This document shows positions 47,921 to 56,108 of a stretch of DNA of 64,000 nucleotides, one piece after another; position 1 is the first letter of the stretch, and each line of letters begins with the position of its first letter. The DNA is from a virus. Taxonomy: Duplodnaviria > Heunggongvirae > Uroviricota > Caudoviricetes. The notes beneath the pieces were generated by a model. The model did not search any database. It saw only the letters and a program-made list of their open reading frames with translations, and was not told the origin of the DNA. The stretch lies in IMG/VR virus record IMGVR_UViG_3300032167_002916. One strand, 5' to 3'. The position numbers were made by a program, and so were the translations under genes.

Positions 47921-48412
47921 ATGGATGTGACAGTTTTAGTCGCGCCTGCTGGATGCGGTTCTAAACCGGTGAAATTTCTGCCTAAGACACATGTTGTTTG
48001 CGTACCTGAAGGTGTAGATGCAGAGGATTTCATGGAAAGATACACGGAAAGACTGGTTAGCCAGTACCATTCCAAGGTATATACATGGGAATCTGTTAAT
48101 CCTTCGGCTGATTTAATGGCAAAGTTTGAGCGGTATGTTGCATCATGTGAAATCGAAAGGCTTTCCCGTCGGAAGAACACTGCAATCAATAATGCGTATA
48201 GCGCATTGTCCAGGATTTATAACAACGTTTATCGAATCAATGTGGTATTCGATGAATTTGTTGGAGCTCTCCGCCCGGTAATTCCCGGTATGAACGGAAG
48301 TGTCGGCAAGTGGGTTCTTGAGAACTCATATAAAGACGGCGTAGTTTGTACTATGCCGGACTTTATCAAGATTGTTGACCGCGCTGTAATTATCGGCCAG
48401 AAATGTGCATAA
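47921..48412 (+). CDS. Hypothetical (163 aa)
   Basis: ACGGAGGGAATAAAC precedes ATG (MDVTVLV). Confidence 0.5.
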   Translation: MDVTVLVAPAGCGSKPVKFLPKTHVVCVPEGVDAEDFMERYTERLVSQYHSKVYTWESVNPSADLMAKFERYVASCEIERLSRRKNTAINNAYSALSRIYNNVYRINVVFDEFVGALRPVIPGMNGSVGKWVLENSYKDGVVCTMPDFIKIVDRAVIIGQKCA

Positions 48413-48422
48413 GAGGGATTCT

Positions 48423-48635
48423 ATGGAGGAATTACGGCTGATAGATATATTGGCACAGTTCTTTGTTGCTGATCCTAAAAGTGTCAAGTGGGATGATTCT
48501 GGGTCATGTGATACGATAACGTTCACAACTTCCGGGAAGAATAAGCAAAAGTTTTTCTTGAAAATGGCGAAGGACAACGTCCAAAGTTCAAAAGGAAATT
48601 GCGTAGATTTTAGAGTTCGGGTAATTTCCATGTAA
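48423..48635 (+). CDS. Hypothetical (70 aa)
   Basis: AGAGGGATTC precedes ATG. Confidence 0.45.
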   Translation: MEELRLIDILAQFFVADPKSVKWDDSGSCDTITFTTSGKNKQKFFLKMAKDNVQSSKGNCVDFRVRVISM

Positions 48636-48732
48636 GCTAACCATCGCCCGGCCTTTCATACATATTGTTTTGAAAGGGTGATGGGTTTGACTTTAACTTG
48701 GGTTTATGCTATCATTATTCAGGGTGATAGCT

Positions 48733-49638
48733 ATGTATAATCCTGAGATAAAAGAGCGGTTTTTGAATGAAAATGCTAATGCAAAATTTATCTTGTCTAT
48801 GTGCGCAAGGTACGAAGAATCGATAGGCAAGGATATTTCTCAGATGAATAAGCATGAGGCAAACTTGGTTTTGCAGTCGGCTGATTTGTGTGAGCTAAGT
48901 ACAATAGAAGGAATGTTGTCGGTTGGTAGCACTTATACAAAATGGTGTAAGGACAATAATTTGCTACCTGATATCAGTGATGGGTTTACGTCTATTGATG
49001 TCAAGGACATCGATCCTTCTGCGGTAATGGCAAAAATGTTTTTCCGTGATGAAGAAGACTTTATTCGCTCAATGCGCAAAGTTCGTGAATTTGATGAAGG
49101 CTATCCGGAGATAATTGGATTAGTTTTTGTATGGCTTGGATTGGGTTATAATGAAGCAACTACGTTAAAAGATACTTGTGTGGATCTTAAAGCGAGAGTT
49201 ATTTATGATAATGATGGTAATGTTTTGATCCATAGTTTCTCAGATGGAATCCATAGTATCTTTGAGCAATTTGTAAGATGTACGAACGGGAATCGTGGCG
49301 CATACAATGTTGTAAAAGATAGATCCTTGGATTTATTCTTGAAACGTATGTGTTCGCCGTCTTCGCCAAAAATGGGAACACCTATTTTGCCAAGGCAACT
49401 TACAAATGCAGTCAATAGGATGAACTTCCAGTACGAGGAGCTGGGGTATCCGCCTAGGTTCTCTATGTTGAACGTAAAAAGATCTGGTTCTTTATATCGG
49501 TTATGGTTAGCCGAACAAAATGGACTTGATGTAAGTGACAAAAATAATCGTGAGGAAGTGGAACGGGTTTATTGCGGTAAGAAATACCGCAATATTATCT
49601 GGCAATATAAGTATTACAAAAAGGCTTTCAATCTGTAA
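48733..49638 (+). CDS. Hypothetical (301 aa)
   Basis: Long clean ORF starting MYNPEIKERF. Confidence 0.5.
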   Translation: MYNPEIKERFLNENANAKFILSMCARYEESIGKDISQMNKHEANLVLQSADLCELSTIEGMLSVGSTYTKWCKDNNLLPDISDGFTSIDVKDIDPSAVMAKMFFRDEEDFIRSMRKVREFDEGYPEIIGLVFVWLGLGYNEATTLKDTCVDLKARVIYDNDGNVLIHSFSDGIHSIFEQFVRCTNGNRGAYNVVKDRSLDLFLKRMCSPSSPKMGTPILPRQLTNAVNRMNFQYEELGYPPRFSMLNVKRSGSLYRLWLAEQNGLDVSDKNNREEVERVYCGKKYRNIIWQYKYYKKAFNL

Positions 49639-49889
49639 ACATCGGATTGGTTTTCAATCTGGAAAACATAGTATTCCTCAAACTCGTCCCGGAAATCCTC
49701 CGGGACGTTTCTTTTTACTACAAGAGACCACTCGTCATCATCTTCAATCAGGTAAGCGGAGGTAATAGGGAAGTAGGTTTTGCGTTCAAGTTCAGCGAAA
49801 TTGGTGCTGCTAAATACTTCGATGTCTGCTTCAGCAGGTTTTGCGTTTGAAATTTCGACAGCTCCTAGTTGTGTGATATGTAAAATCAT
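49614..49889 (-). CDS. Hypothetical acidic protein (91 aa), convergent to the neighbouring gene
   Basis: GGAGGTG SD precedes ATG (MILHITQ). Confidence 0.5.
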   Translation of the reverse strand: MILHITQLGAVEISNAKPAEADIEVFSSTNFAELERKTYFPITSAYLIEDDDEWSLVVKRNVPEDFRDEFEEYYVFQIENQSDVYRLKAFL

Positions 49890-50125
49890 GTTGCACCTCC
49901 GACTTTTTCTAATATAAACGAACACCTGTTCGACAACAAAAACAATTATTGCACATTTCTCTTGGGATGTCTAGGGGAAATTTGTCGAAATTCATGTTGT
50001 GTCCAATAAAGGGGACATTATAAGGGACATTTCATGTCACATTAGCATGGCAATTCGCCGCCCGGTTACTTACCGAGCGGCTTTTTGTATATAAACAACT
50101 GAATAGTTTTGGGAGGAAATCAAAA

Positions 50126-50491
50126 ATGAGAACGGTAAAAGCAACTCTTGCAATCATTGACAAGAGTTCCAAAGGGTTTCCGCTGTATGTGGCGGAGCTT
50201 CCTGTCGGTTCTGATGTACTGTGGAACTACTACCACAAGCACGACGATACTCTGATCCGATTCGCAAGAGCAGCGTTGGGCATCCCTGATAAATCCAAGG
50301 TTTCTCATGCGGTATATGCTGAGTATCTGATTGACCCCAAAACTGGCAAGGTTCATTTCGGCAAGGATGCAGGTATCGGGGAGTTCCTGTGCGCCGTTGC
50401 TAATAAGCGGCAAGAGCTGCTGAAAACACAAAAAACACCCTATAAACCCCGGTTTTTGAAGGAAAACAAGGGTTTAAGGGTGGTTTCATAA
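50126..50491 (+). CDS. Hypothetical (121 aa)
   Basis: GGGAGG SD. Confidence 0.5.
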   Translation: MRTVKATLAIIDKSSKGFPLYVAELPVGSDVLWNYYHKHDDTLIRFARAALGIPDKSKVSHAVYAEYLIDPKTGKVHFGKDAGIGEFLCAVANKRQELLKTQKTPYKPRFLKENKGLRVVS

Positions 50492-50739
50492 GCCAATCAC
50501 CTGATCTTTCAGGTTGATAATACACCTCCTTTCATCTTGGGACGAGGGTTTTCTCCTTCTTTCTTTTACCTCGTCCCGCTTAACACGGCTCTGTATATCA
50601 GAACGGTCACAAGCCCGTATAAACTGTGGAGTGAGCAAACAGCAAGGTTGTGTTCTGACAAAAGAACAACCGCCGGAAGTGTTGCGAGCACTTCCGGCGG
50701 TCTACCATTCATAAAAACAGGTTATGAAAGGATGTCTAA

Positions 50740-51807
50740 ATGTTATCACAAGCAGTTACAAAAGTCAACTGTGATAACGAACAAAAGTTCACAGAAGATT
50801 CTGTAAATAATGTTCGAGTTTCACAGAGTAAGCCCCAAGTATCTGGTGCAATCCAGAAGCTGAGGGAGCGGGGTAGGGAAAGAGATATTATTTCTGCCCT
50901 TGTTTTAGAGGGAACAAACGAGCGAGCCATGGATATCCTAAGAGCTTGTAACTGCGATGCGTTTGTCCCTGGTACGATGTTTGTTCCTATGAGCCGATTC
51001 GCTGAGTTCTACGGTGTGACCGAGAGTTATATCACTGGTATTTTGAACCGCTATGGAATCACACATAACAAAATGCCGAATGATGTAAAGCGGTGTAGTG
51101 TTCGCCATTTCCTGCAGGAACATGGTGTGGCGGATAGATTTTCATGTAGCTATCAGTACCACAGCACAGTAGTTCTTTGTGAAAAGGAGTTTCATAAACA
51201 GTATAGCTTTAAGCAGATTAAATCTGCTAATTATTATTCTGCCAGAATTGTTCTGGCTTTTGCATCCATGATGTACTTTGCCAGAGTTAACAGGGAGAAG
51301 GGCAATGCAGTATCGATTTTTAATACACTGATGAAGAGTGCGTATCGTGATGCAGCCATCGAAGAAATGAGGCACAGAGAAGAACTGTGCGCAGAACAGG
51401 AGGTCGAAGTTATGCAGAGTGCAGATAATCAGCAGCCGGATTCCAACAGCGCAATTTTGACACAACAGGGCAATCTCGTTTTGACGAGTGAATTCTTTGC
51501 AACTCTTATCAAGACTGCGGTAAGAGAAGCAGTTGCCGAATGTGCCAAGGAGTTTGTTCCCAGATCTCAGTGCGCCATGAATGAGGTGCAGACTGAGCCT
51601 AAGTCTGATAATGAGAATGCCGTGTTTAGACCTGTGGCGACCGGCAATACCAGGGGCTATCGTAAAATAACGAAGCCCAAGAATTGGGATCGGGTTGTCA
51701 AGAAGCAGAAGGACGGTCTGATCTCCAAGGTCGATGCTGCGAAGCTCACAGATATGAGCGTTCCCAGCTACATTAAGTACTCGACAGGAGCAAAGAGCTT
51801 CTCCTGA
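50740..51807 (+). CDS. Hypothetical, possibly a DNA-binding or antirepressor-like regulator (355 aa)
   Basis: Clean ORF; weak resemblance to phage regulatory N-terminal domains only. Confidence 0.45.
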   Translation: MLSQAVTKVNCDNEQKFTEDSVNNVRVSQSKPQVSGAIQKLRERGRERDIISALVLEGTNERAMDILRACNCDAFVPGTMFVPMSRFAEFYGVTESYITGILNRYGITHNKMPNDVKRCSVRHFLQEHGVADRFSCSYQYHSTVVLCEKEFHKQYSFKQIKSANYYSARIVLAFASMMYFARVNREKGNAVSIFNTLMKSAYRDAAIEEMRHREELCAEQEVEVMQSADNQQPDSNSAILTQQGNLVLTSEFFATLIKTAVREAVAECAKEFVPRSQCAMNEVQTEPKSDNENAVFRPVATGNTRGYRKITKPKNWDRVVKKQKDGLISKVDAAKLTDMSVPSYIKYSTGAKSFS

Positions 51808-51954
51808 TTTTTTGAGTATAAAACTTAGCTTTTGTGTCAAATGCAAAGGCAAAAATCTTTGAAAAAAAGGAGTGTTTTGCATGAAAATTGCAAGATCACC
51901 CCCTAAAAAGTAGGGCTTTCAAACCTGCAAAATACATAAAGAGGAGATTAACAA

Positions 51955-52122
51955 ATGAACCCATTTTTCTGGTTACTTGTAATCGCCGCTCTCGTACTTA
52001 TCTGGTTCCTCCTGAGTTTCGCATATGAAGGAATCGGAAAATTCGCATCGAAATTGTTCAACGATGCAATGGATGAAATCAACAAAGACGAAACAAAGGA
52101 GAATGAAAACAATGAAAGCTAA
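51955..52122 (+). CDS. Small single-pass membrane protein (55 aa, below the ORF-track cutoff)
   Basis: AAAGAGGAG SD; MNPFFWLLVIAALVLIWFLL transmembrane segment; its stop overlaps the start of the SPFH gene. Confidence 0.4.
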   Translation: MNPFFWLLVIAALVLIWFLLSFAYEGIGKFASKLFNDAMDEINKDETKENENNES

Positions 52123-53035
52123 GCTCGGTGCAATTCTGCTGGCGCTGATTCTGATCGTCGGCCTGATCGGTTGTATTTCCTGCCTGGAACAGATTCCCGC
52201 AGGCTATGTCGGTGTCGTTTACAACATGAACGGCGGTGTCGATGGTGAAGTCCTTACTCAGGGCTGGCACCTGGTTGCTCCCACCAAGAAGGTGACTGAA
52301 TATTCTGTGAGTCTGGAACAGTCTTACCTGACCTCTGAAGATAAGGGCGACTCCCCGAAGGATGAGAGCTTCAACATTCCCACTTCCGACGGCAAGACTG
52401 TTCGAGTAAATCTGGAGTTCAGCTATCGATTTGACATTGATCGAGTCGCTGATACTTTCGTCATGTTTAAGGGCAAGAATGGTGACGAAATCAAGAACAC
52501 CTTTATCAAGCCCAAGGTAATGGCATGGACGCAGGAAGTTTCCGCACAGTATCCCGTCACTGATATCTTCGGCGACAAGCGTACCGAAATCAATGAGCAT
52601 CTGGATGTGCATCTGCGTGAGAAGTTTGCAGATTATGGTATCATCATTGACACTGTGAACTTCACTGATATTTCCGTGGACAACGAAACCGCTGCAGCTA
52701 TCCAGAAGAAGGTTACTGCACAGCAGGAGCTGGAACTGGCGAACATTGAGGCTCAGACCGCAAAGATTCAGGCAGAAAAGGACCGTGAGGTCGCACGAAT
52801 TGCCGCAGAGAAGGATAAGGAAGTTGCCCAGATCAAGGCAGAACAGGCTATCATTAAGGCCGAAGGCGAAGCTGAGGCTCTGCGTATTGCAGCTGAAGCT
52901 GAAGCAGCAGCCAATGAAATGATTGCTGCATCTCTGACTTCCAATCTGATCGAGAAGATTAAGTACGAGCAGTGGGATGGCAAGATGCCCACAGTTAACG
53001 GCAGCGGCGCAACGATCGTCGATGTCAATCCCTAA
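52112..53035 (+). CDS. SPFH / band-7 (stomatin-prohibitin-HflKC family) membrane protein
   Basis: N-terminal transmembrane helix, then GYVGVVYNMNGGV...VLTQGWHLVAP...EYSV (SPFH core), then an Ala/Glu-rich coiled coil. Confidence 0.7.
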   Translation: MKAKLGAILLALILIVGLIGCISCLEQIPAGYVGVVYNMNGGVDGEVLTQGWHLVAPTKKVTEYSVSLEQSYLTSEDKGDSPKDESFNIPTSDGKTVRVNLEFSYRFDIDRVADTFVMFKGKNGDEIKNTFIKPKVMAWTQEVSAQYPVTDIFGDKRTEINEHLDVHLREKFADYGIIIDTVNFTDISVDNETAAAIQKKVTAQQELELANIEAQTAKIQAEKDREVARIAAEKDKEVAQIKAEQAIIKAEGEAEALRIAAEAEAAANEMIAASLTSNLIEKIKYEQWDGKMPTVNGSGATIVDVNP

Positions 53036-53043
53036 GTAAAGTG

Positions 53044-53075
53044 CCTGCCGCCCAATTTAAGGGCGGCAGTTGCCT
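53044..53075 (+). terminator. 9-bp perfect hairpin CTGCCGCCC-aatttaa-GGGCGGCAG with a weak T tail
   Basis: Read directly from the sequence. Confidence 0.45.
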
Positions 53076-53550
53076 TAATGCGGCTACGCTAACCGGTCCA
53101 TGGCGTAATGGTCACCAGCCCATGTAAACGCAGAGTGGGGCAACAAATACGACGGTATGTGTTGATCCCGATTAAAACCATTTAAGACCACACTTGGTGA
53201 ACCTTGCGGGAGCATTGAAACTGAATTCTATTACTGAGCGGTTATGACGAGCCGCTATTCGTCACGGTATTTAGATGTGAAGCCCGGAGAGTGCGTGCAA
53301 AGGCTGTTGTGGTGAACTCTAACCAAACCTAAGCCTGTTAACCCTTTGACGGTTATATAGGCGAGATATTTTTTACTAATGATTATCTCGGCGGCATCGG
53401 ACCTGCGAGGTCGCCGGAGGCGAAAGGGTTGTTCGGTATATGCTGAATGACGTTCGCCTTAACACAGCTTATCCAACCGGATAAACAGTCGCAAGCCTGT
53501 GGAAATGTGGAGCGAGGCGAAAAGAATGAATTATTTAGGAGGAAATCATT

Positions 53551-53766
53551 ATGAAGAAGACTGCTAACAGAACTTTTAGTTCTTTCGATGAGCTGGGTGC
53601 GGCCATGGGTATCGAAAAGTCCGAAAAGACCTTCAGCAAGAAGTGCCCTAAGTGCGGCACTCGAATGAATCAGATCCCCGGAACCAACGTGTTCTTTTGC
53701 CCGGGAGAGACTGAGGACGGTCCCTGCGGTAAGCGGGTAATCAGTAACCTGCGGCCTGCATACTAA
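53551..53766 (+). CDS. Zinc-ribbon protein (71 aa)
   Basis: AGGAGG SD; CPKCG...CPGETEDGPCG motif. Confidence 0.5.
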   Translation: MKKTANRTFSSFDELGAAMGIEKSEKTFSKKCPKCGTRMNQIPGTNVFFCPGETEDGPCGKRVISNLRPAY

Positions 53767-53798
53767 TCTTGTCAATTCTGCTAAGGAGGATGATTCAA

Positions 53799-53942
53799 AT
53801 GATGAATGTCGTGTACATGGTTAAGAAATCCGGTGTCAAGCTGACTAAGTCATTTGATTCTGAGTTTCTTTGCAGAAAACTTGTGAACAAGCTCAAACAT
53901 TCTAAGACGTGCGAGCTGATATCGTATCCGCTATTCAGTTAG
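53799..53942 (+). CDS. Hypothetical basic small protein (47 aa)
   Basis: AAGGAGGATGA SD. Confidence 0.35.
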   Translation: MMNVVYMVKKSGVKLTKSFDSEFLCRKLVNKLKHSKTCELISYPLFS

Positions 53943-53958
53943 CGAAGGAGGCAAAACA

Positions 53959-54129
53959 TTGGGCATTTTCCAATATGCAATCATGGCATGGTTCATGGTA
54001 ATCCTGTTGATTGCATCCAATCAGCATGGCAAACAGCTGCACGGCAGAGTGAATTTTTGGGTTACTCTTGCAATTGTTGCAGTGAATGTCGCAGCACTGG
54101 CATTTGGTGGTTTCTTCGCCAATGCATAA
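53959..54129 (+). CDS. Small two-transmembrane-helix protein (56 aa, TTG start)
   Basis: GAAGGAGG SD 7 nt before TTG; hydrophobic translation. Confidence 0.35.
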   Translation: MGIFQYAIMAWFMVILLIASNQHGKQLHGRVNFWVTLAIVAVNVAALAFGGFFANA

Positions 54130-54199
54130 TACATAGATACCCAGCAATGGTTATCTGAGGCCGGGGTTTTCTCACCCCCTTTCACTCCGGTCTCAATAT

Positions 54200-54244
54200 G
54201 GGTAGGCTTGGCAAGCGGTTACGGTTCGAGTCCGTCCCTACCCA
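54200..54244 (+). other. tRNA-like minihelix: acceptor GGGTAGG/CCTACCC plus a T-arm ACGG-TTCGAGT-CCGT, with no D or anticodon arms
   Basis: Hand fold; the 15-nt T-arm is identical to that of the phage tRNA-Asp. Confidence 0.35.
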
Positions 54245-54463
54245 CACACGGAATTCTGAAAGGCCATACTTCGCTCTTCGAGGAAGTCGTCTAGTAGGCG
54301 CTGGCTATGCGTGAATAGCAAGTCTGGGAATGCGTACCAGGCGCGGGGTAATGTCGCTGAAGTGATACATATTATCCGATTGGCGGCAATAAGTGCATCC
54401 TGGCAGAGGAGGTTAGGTTAACTGCCAACCCCGTAAAATTGAACGGTCGGTAAAGGAGGACGT

Positions 54464-55636
54464 ATGATTCATAGTTATCAAAAGCCGCTGGAAGGTAACA
54501 GAGTTGGTATCGTTTTCGGTTCCTTTGCCCCTCTTCATCAGGGACATCTTGACCTGATTATGAGAGCGAAGAAAGAAAATGATGGTGGCTGTATCGTTAT
54601 CTCCTGTGGATTGGACGGTGATAAGGGCGAGCCCTTGATGCCTCACAAAAAGCGATACAGATATGTTCGTGAGTTTTTTGCTGACGATGATCTTGTCGCA
54701 GTATATTCCATCAATGATTCTGAGTTAGGAATCGAGGCTTATCCCCAGGGTTGGTCTGGTTGGATGGAAGAATTCGAGAAAATCTGGGCAAAGGCGGTTA
54801 AAAATGCCGCTGTGTTATATTCCGATGATGGCGATAAGTGCATGGTCGGTCCAGATCGTGTGTGGTATGTCGGCGATGAGAACTACTACAATGACCTGAC
54901 GGAGCGGGGAGAGATGTGCGTGTTGGTAGACCGTACTGCTACGAACCCGATTTGTGCTACAATGATTCGCCAGAACCCTATCAAACATTGGGACAAGATT
55001 ACTACGCCTTTCCGCCGACTGTTTAGTCATAATATTCTGATCTGCGGCACTGCTTCCGAGGGCAAGACGGTTATGACTCGTGACCTCGGAAAGTATTTCA
55101 ATGCCCCCTATAGTTATGAGTACGCTCGTGAATATATGAAGGAAAGCTGTGTCGCCGACTGGGAACTGGACGGTGCGGATTACACAGCATTCCTGCAGGG
55201 TCAGTACAATCTGAACCGCAGTTTGATTAACTCTCCCGGAAACCACGGCCTGTTCTTCGCCGATTCTGATTCTATGGTTACTCGGATGTATGCTGAGTAT
55301 TATGCCAAGGATGAAACTTGCGCACTGACACAGGAGGAGTTCCAGGAAGTAGCAGTTCTGGCTGACAGTCTGACCCGCAAGTGCAGATGGGACAAGATTT
55401 TCCTGATTGCACCTCATGGTGTATATGTCGATGACCACGAACGATTCATGGCACACTCCGGCATGAAGGAACGGCGTGAACTGTTCGCAATCCTGTGTGA
55501 GAATCTGAAACATTCCGGTAACTGGGAAAAGGTTACCGTACTGACCGGAAACTACTATGAGAATTTCATGGCAGTCGTAGACTATGTAAAGGATGTGATT
55601 GCCAATGGCAAAACTGATTCTGGTATCGGGATGTAG
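54464..55636 (+). CDS. nadR: Bifunctional NMN adenylyltransferase / ribosylnicotinamide kinase (NadR-like, lacking the HTH domain)
   Basis: FGSFAPLHQGHLDLI (HxGH nucleotidyltransferase motif), ICATMIRQ (ISSTxIR-like) and the C-terminal Walker A motif ILICGTASEGKT. Confidence 0.8.
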   Translation: MIHSYQKPLEGNRVGIVFGSFAPLHQGHLDLIMRAKKENDGGCIVISCGLDGDKGEPLMPHKKRYRYVREFFADDDLVAVYSINDSELGIEAYPQGWSGWMEEFEKIWAKAVKNAAVLYSDDGDKCMVGPDRVWYVGDENYYNDLTERGEMCVLVDRTATNPICATMIRQNPIKHWDKITTPFRRLFSHNILICGTASEGKTVMTRDLGKYFNAPYSYEYAREYMKESCVADWELDGADYTAFLQGQYNLNRSLINSPGNHGLFFADSDSMVTRMYAEYYAKDETCALTQEEFQEVAVLADSLTRKCRWDKIFLIAPHGVYVDDHERFMAHSGMKERRELFAILCENLKHSGNWEKVTVLTGNYYENFMAVVDYVKDVIANGKTDSGIGM

Positions 55637-56108
55637 TGCTGTAGGGAAAACAAGGTTTGCCAGACAGTTTGCGATTCGTAATGAGTTCCTGTATCTGAGC
55701 CCGGACAACATCTATGCTCTGCTGAATGGAGACGAGAGAATCCACAAAAACAAGTTTGAAGTATGGATGACTTTGTTCAGAGCAATTCATATCGCAGAGC
55801 AGAGTGGTACTGACTGTGTGGTTGACACAAATGCCCTGTCGCACCTTGACAGAGATCAGTTTTTAGGATGGTTTCCGTCCTTTGAGCATCATCTGGTGTT
55901 TATCTCCGCATCTCCTGAGCAGAGAAAACTGAATAATTCCAGGAGAGAGCGCCAGATTCCGAACTCTGTAATGGACGCAATGACTCGGTCTGTTGAAGAA
56001 CCTAAGTGGGAATCCCTCGATAGACGGTGGAAGTCATTCGTAAGAATCAACAATGTAAACAACAATTTCATCATTGCCGAAAAAGAAGGAGACGTTTTCT
56101 ATGAGTAA
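55599..56108 (+). CDS. P-loop kinase resembling the T4 polynucleotide kinase N-terminal kinase domain (169 aa)
   Basis: ILVSGCSAVGKT Walker A motif and VVDTNAL Walker B motif. Overlaps the nadR stop, and its own stop overlaps the pnuC start (ATGAGTAA). Confidence 0.55.
   Translation: MPMAKLILVSGCSAVGKTRFARQFAIRNEFLYLSPDNIYALLNGDERIHKNKFEVWMTLFRAIHIAEQSGTDCVVDTNALSHLDRDQFLGWFPSFEHHLVFISASPEQRKLNNSRRERQIPNSVMDAMTRSVEEPKWESLDRRWKSFVRINNVNNNFIIAEKEGDVFYE

Noticed and set aside
51142-51882. 246-aa minus-strand ORF
   Set aside because: Antisense to the 355-aa plus gene; no start context.
53383-53775. 130-aa minus-strand ORF
   Set aside because: Overlaps the SD-led zinc-ribbon gene 53551..53766 and the structured leader; no start signals.
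54815-55711. 298-aa minus-strand ORF
   Set aside because: Antisense to the nadR-like gene, whose motifs are unambiguous.
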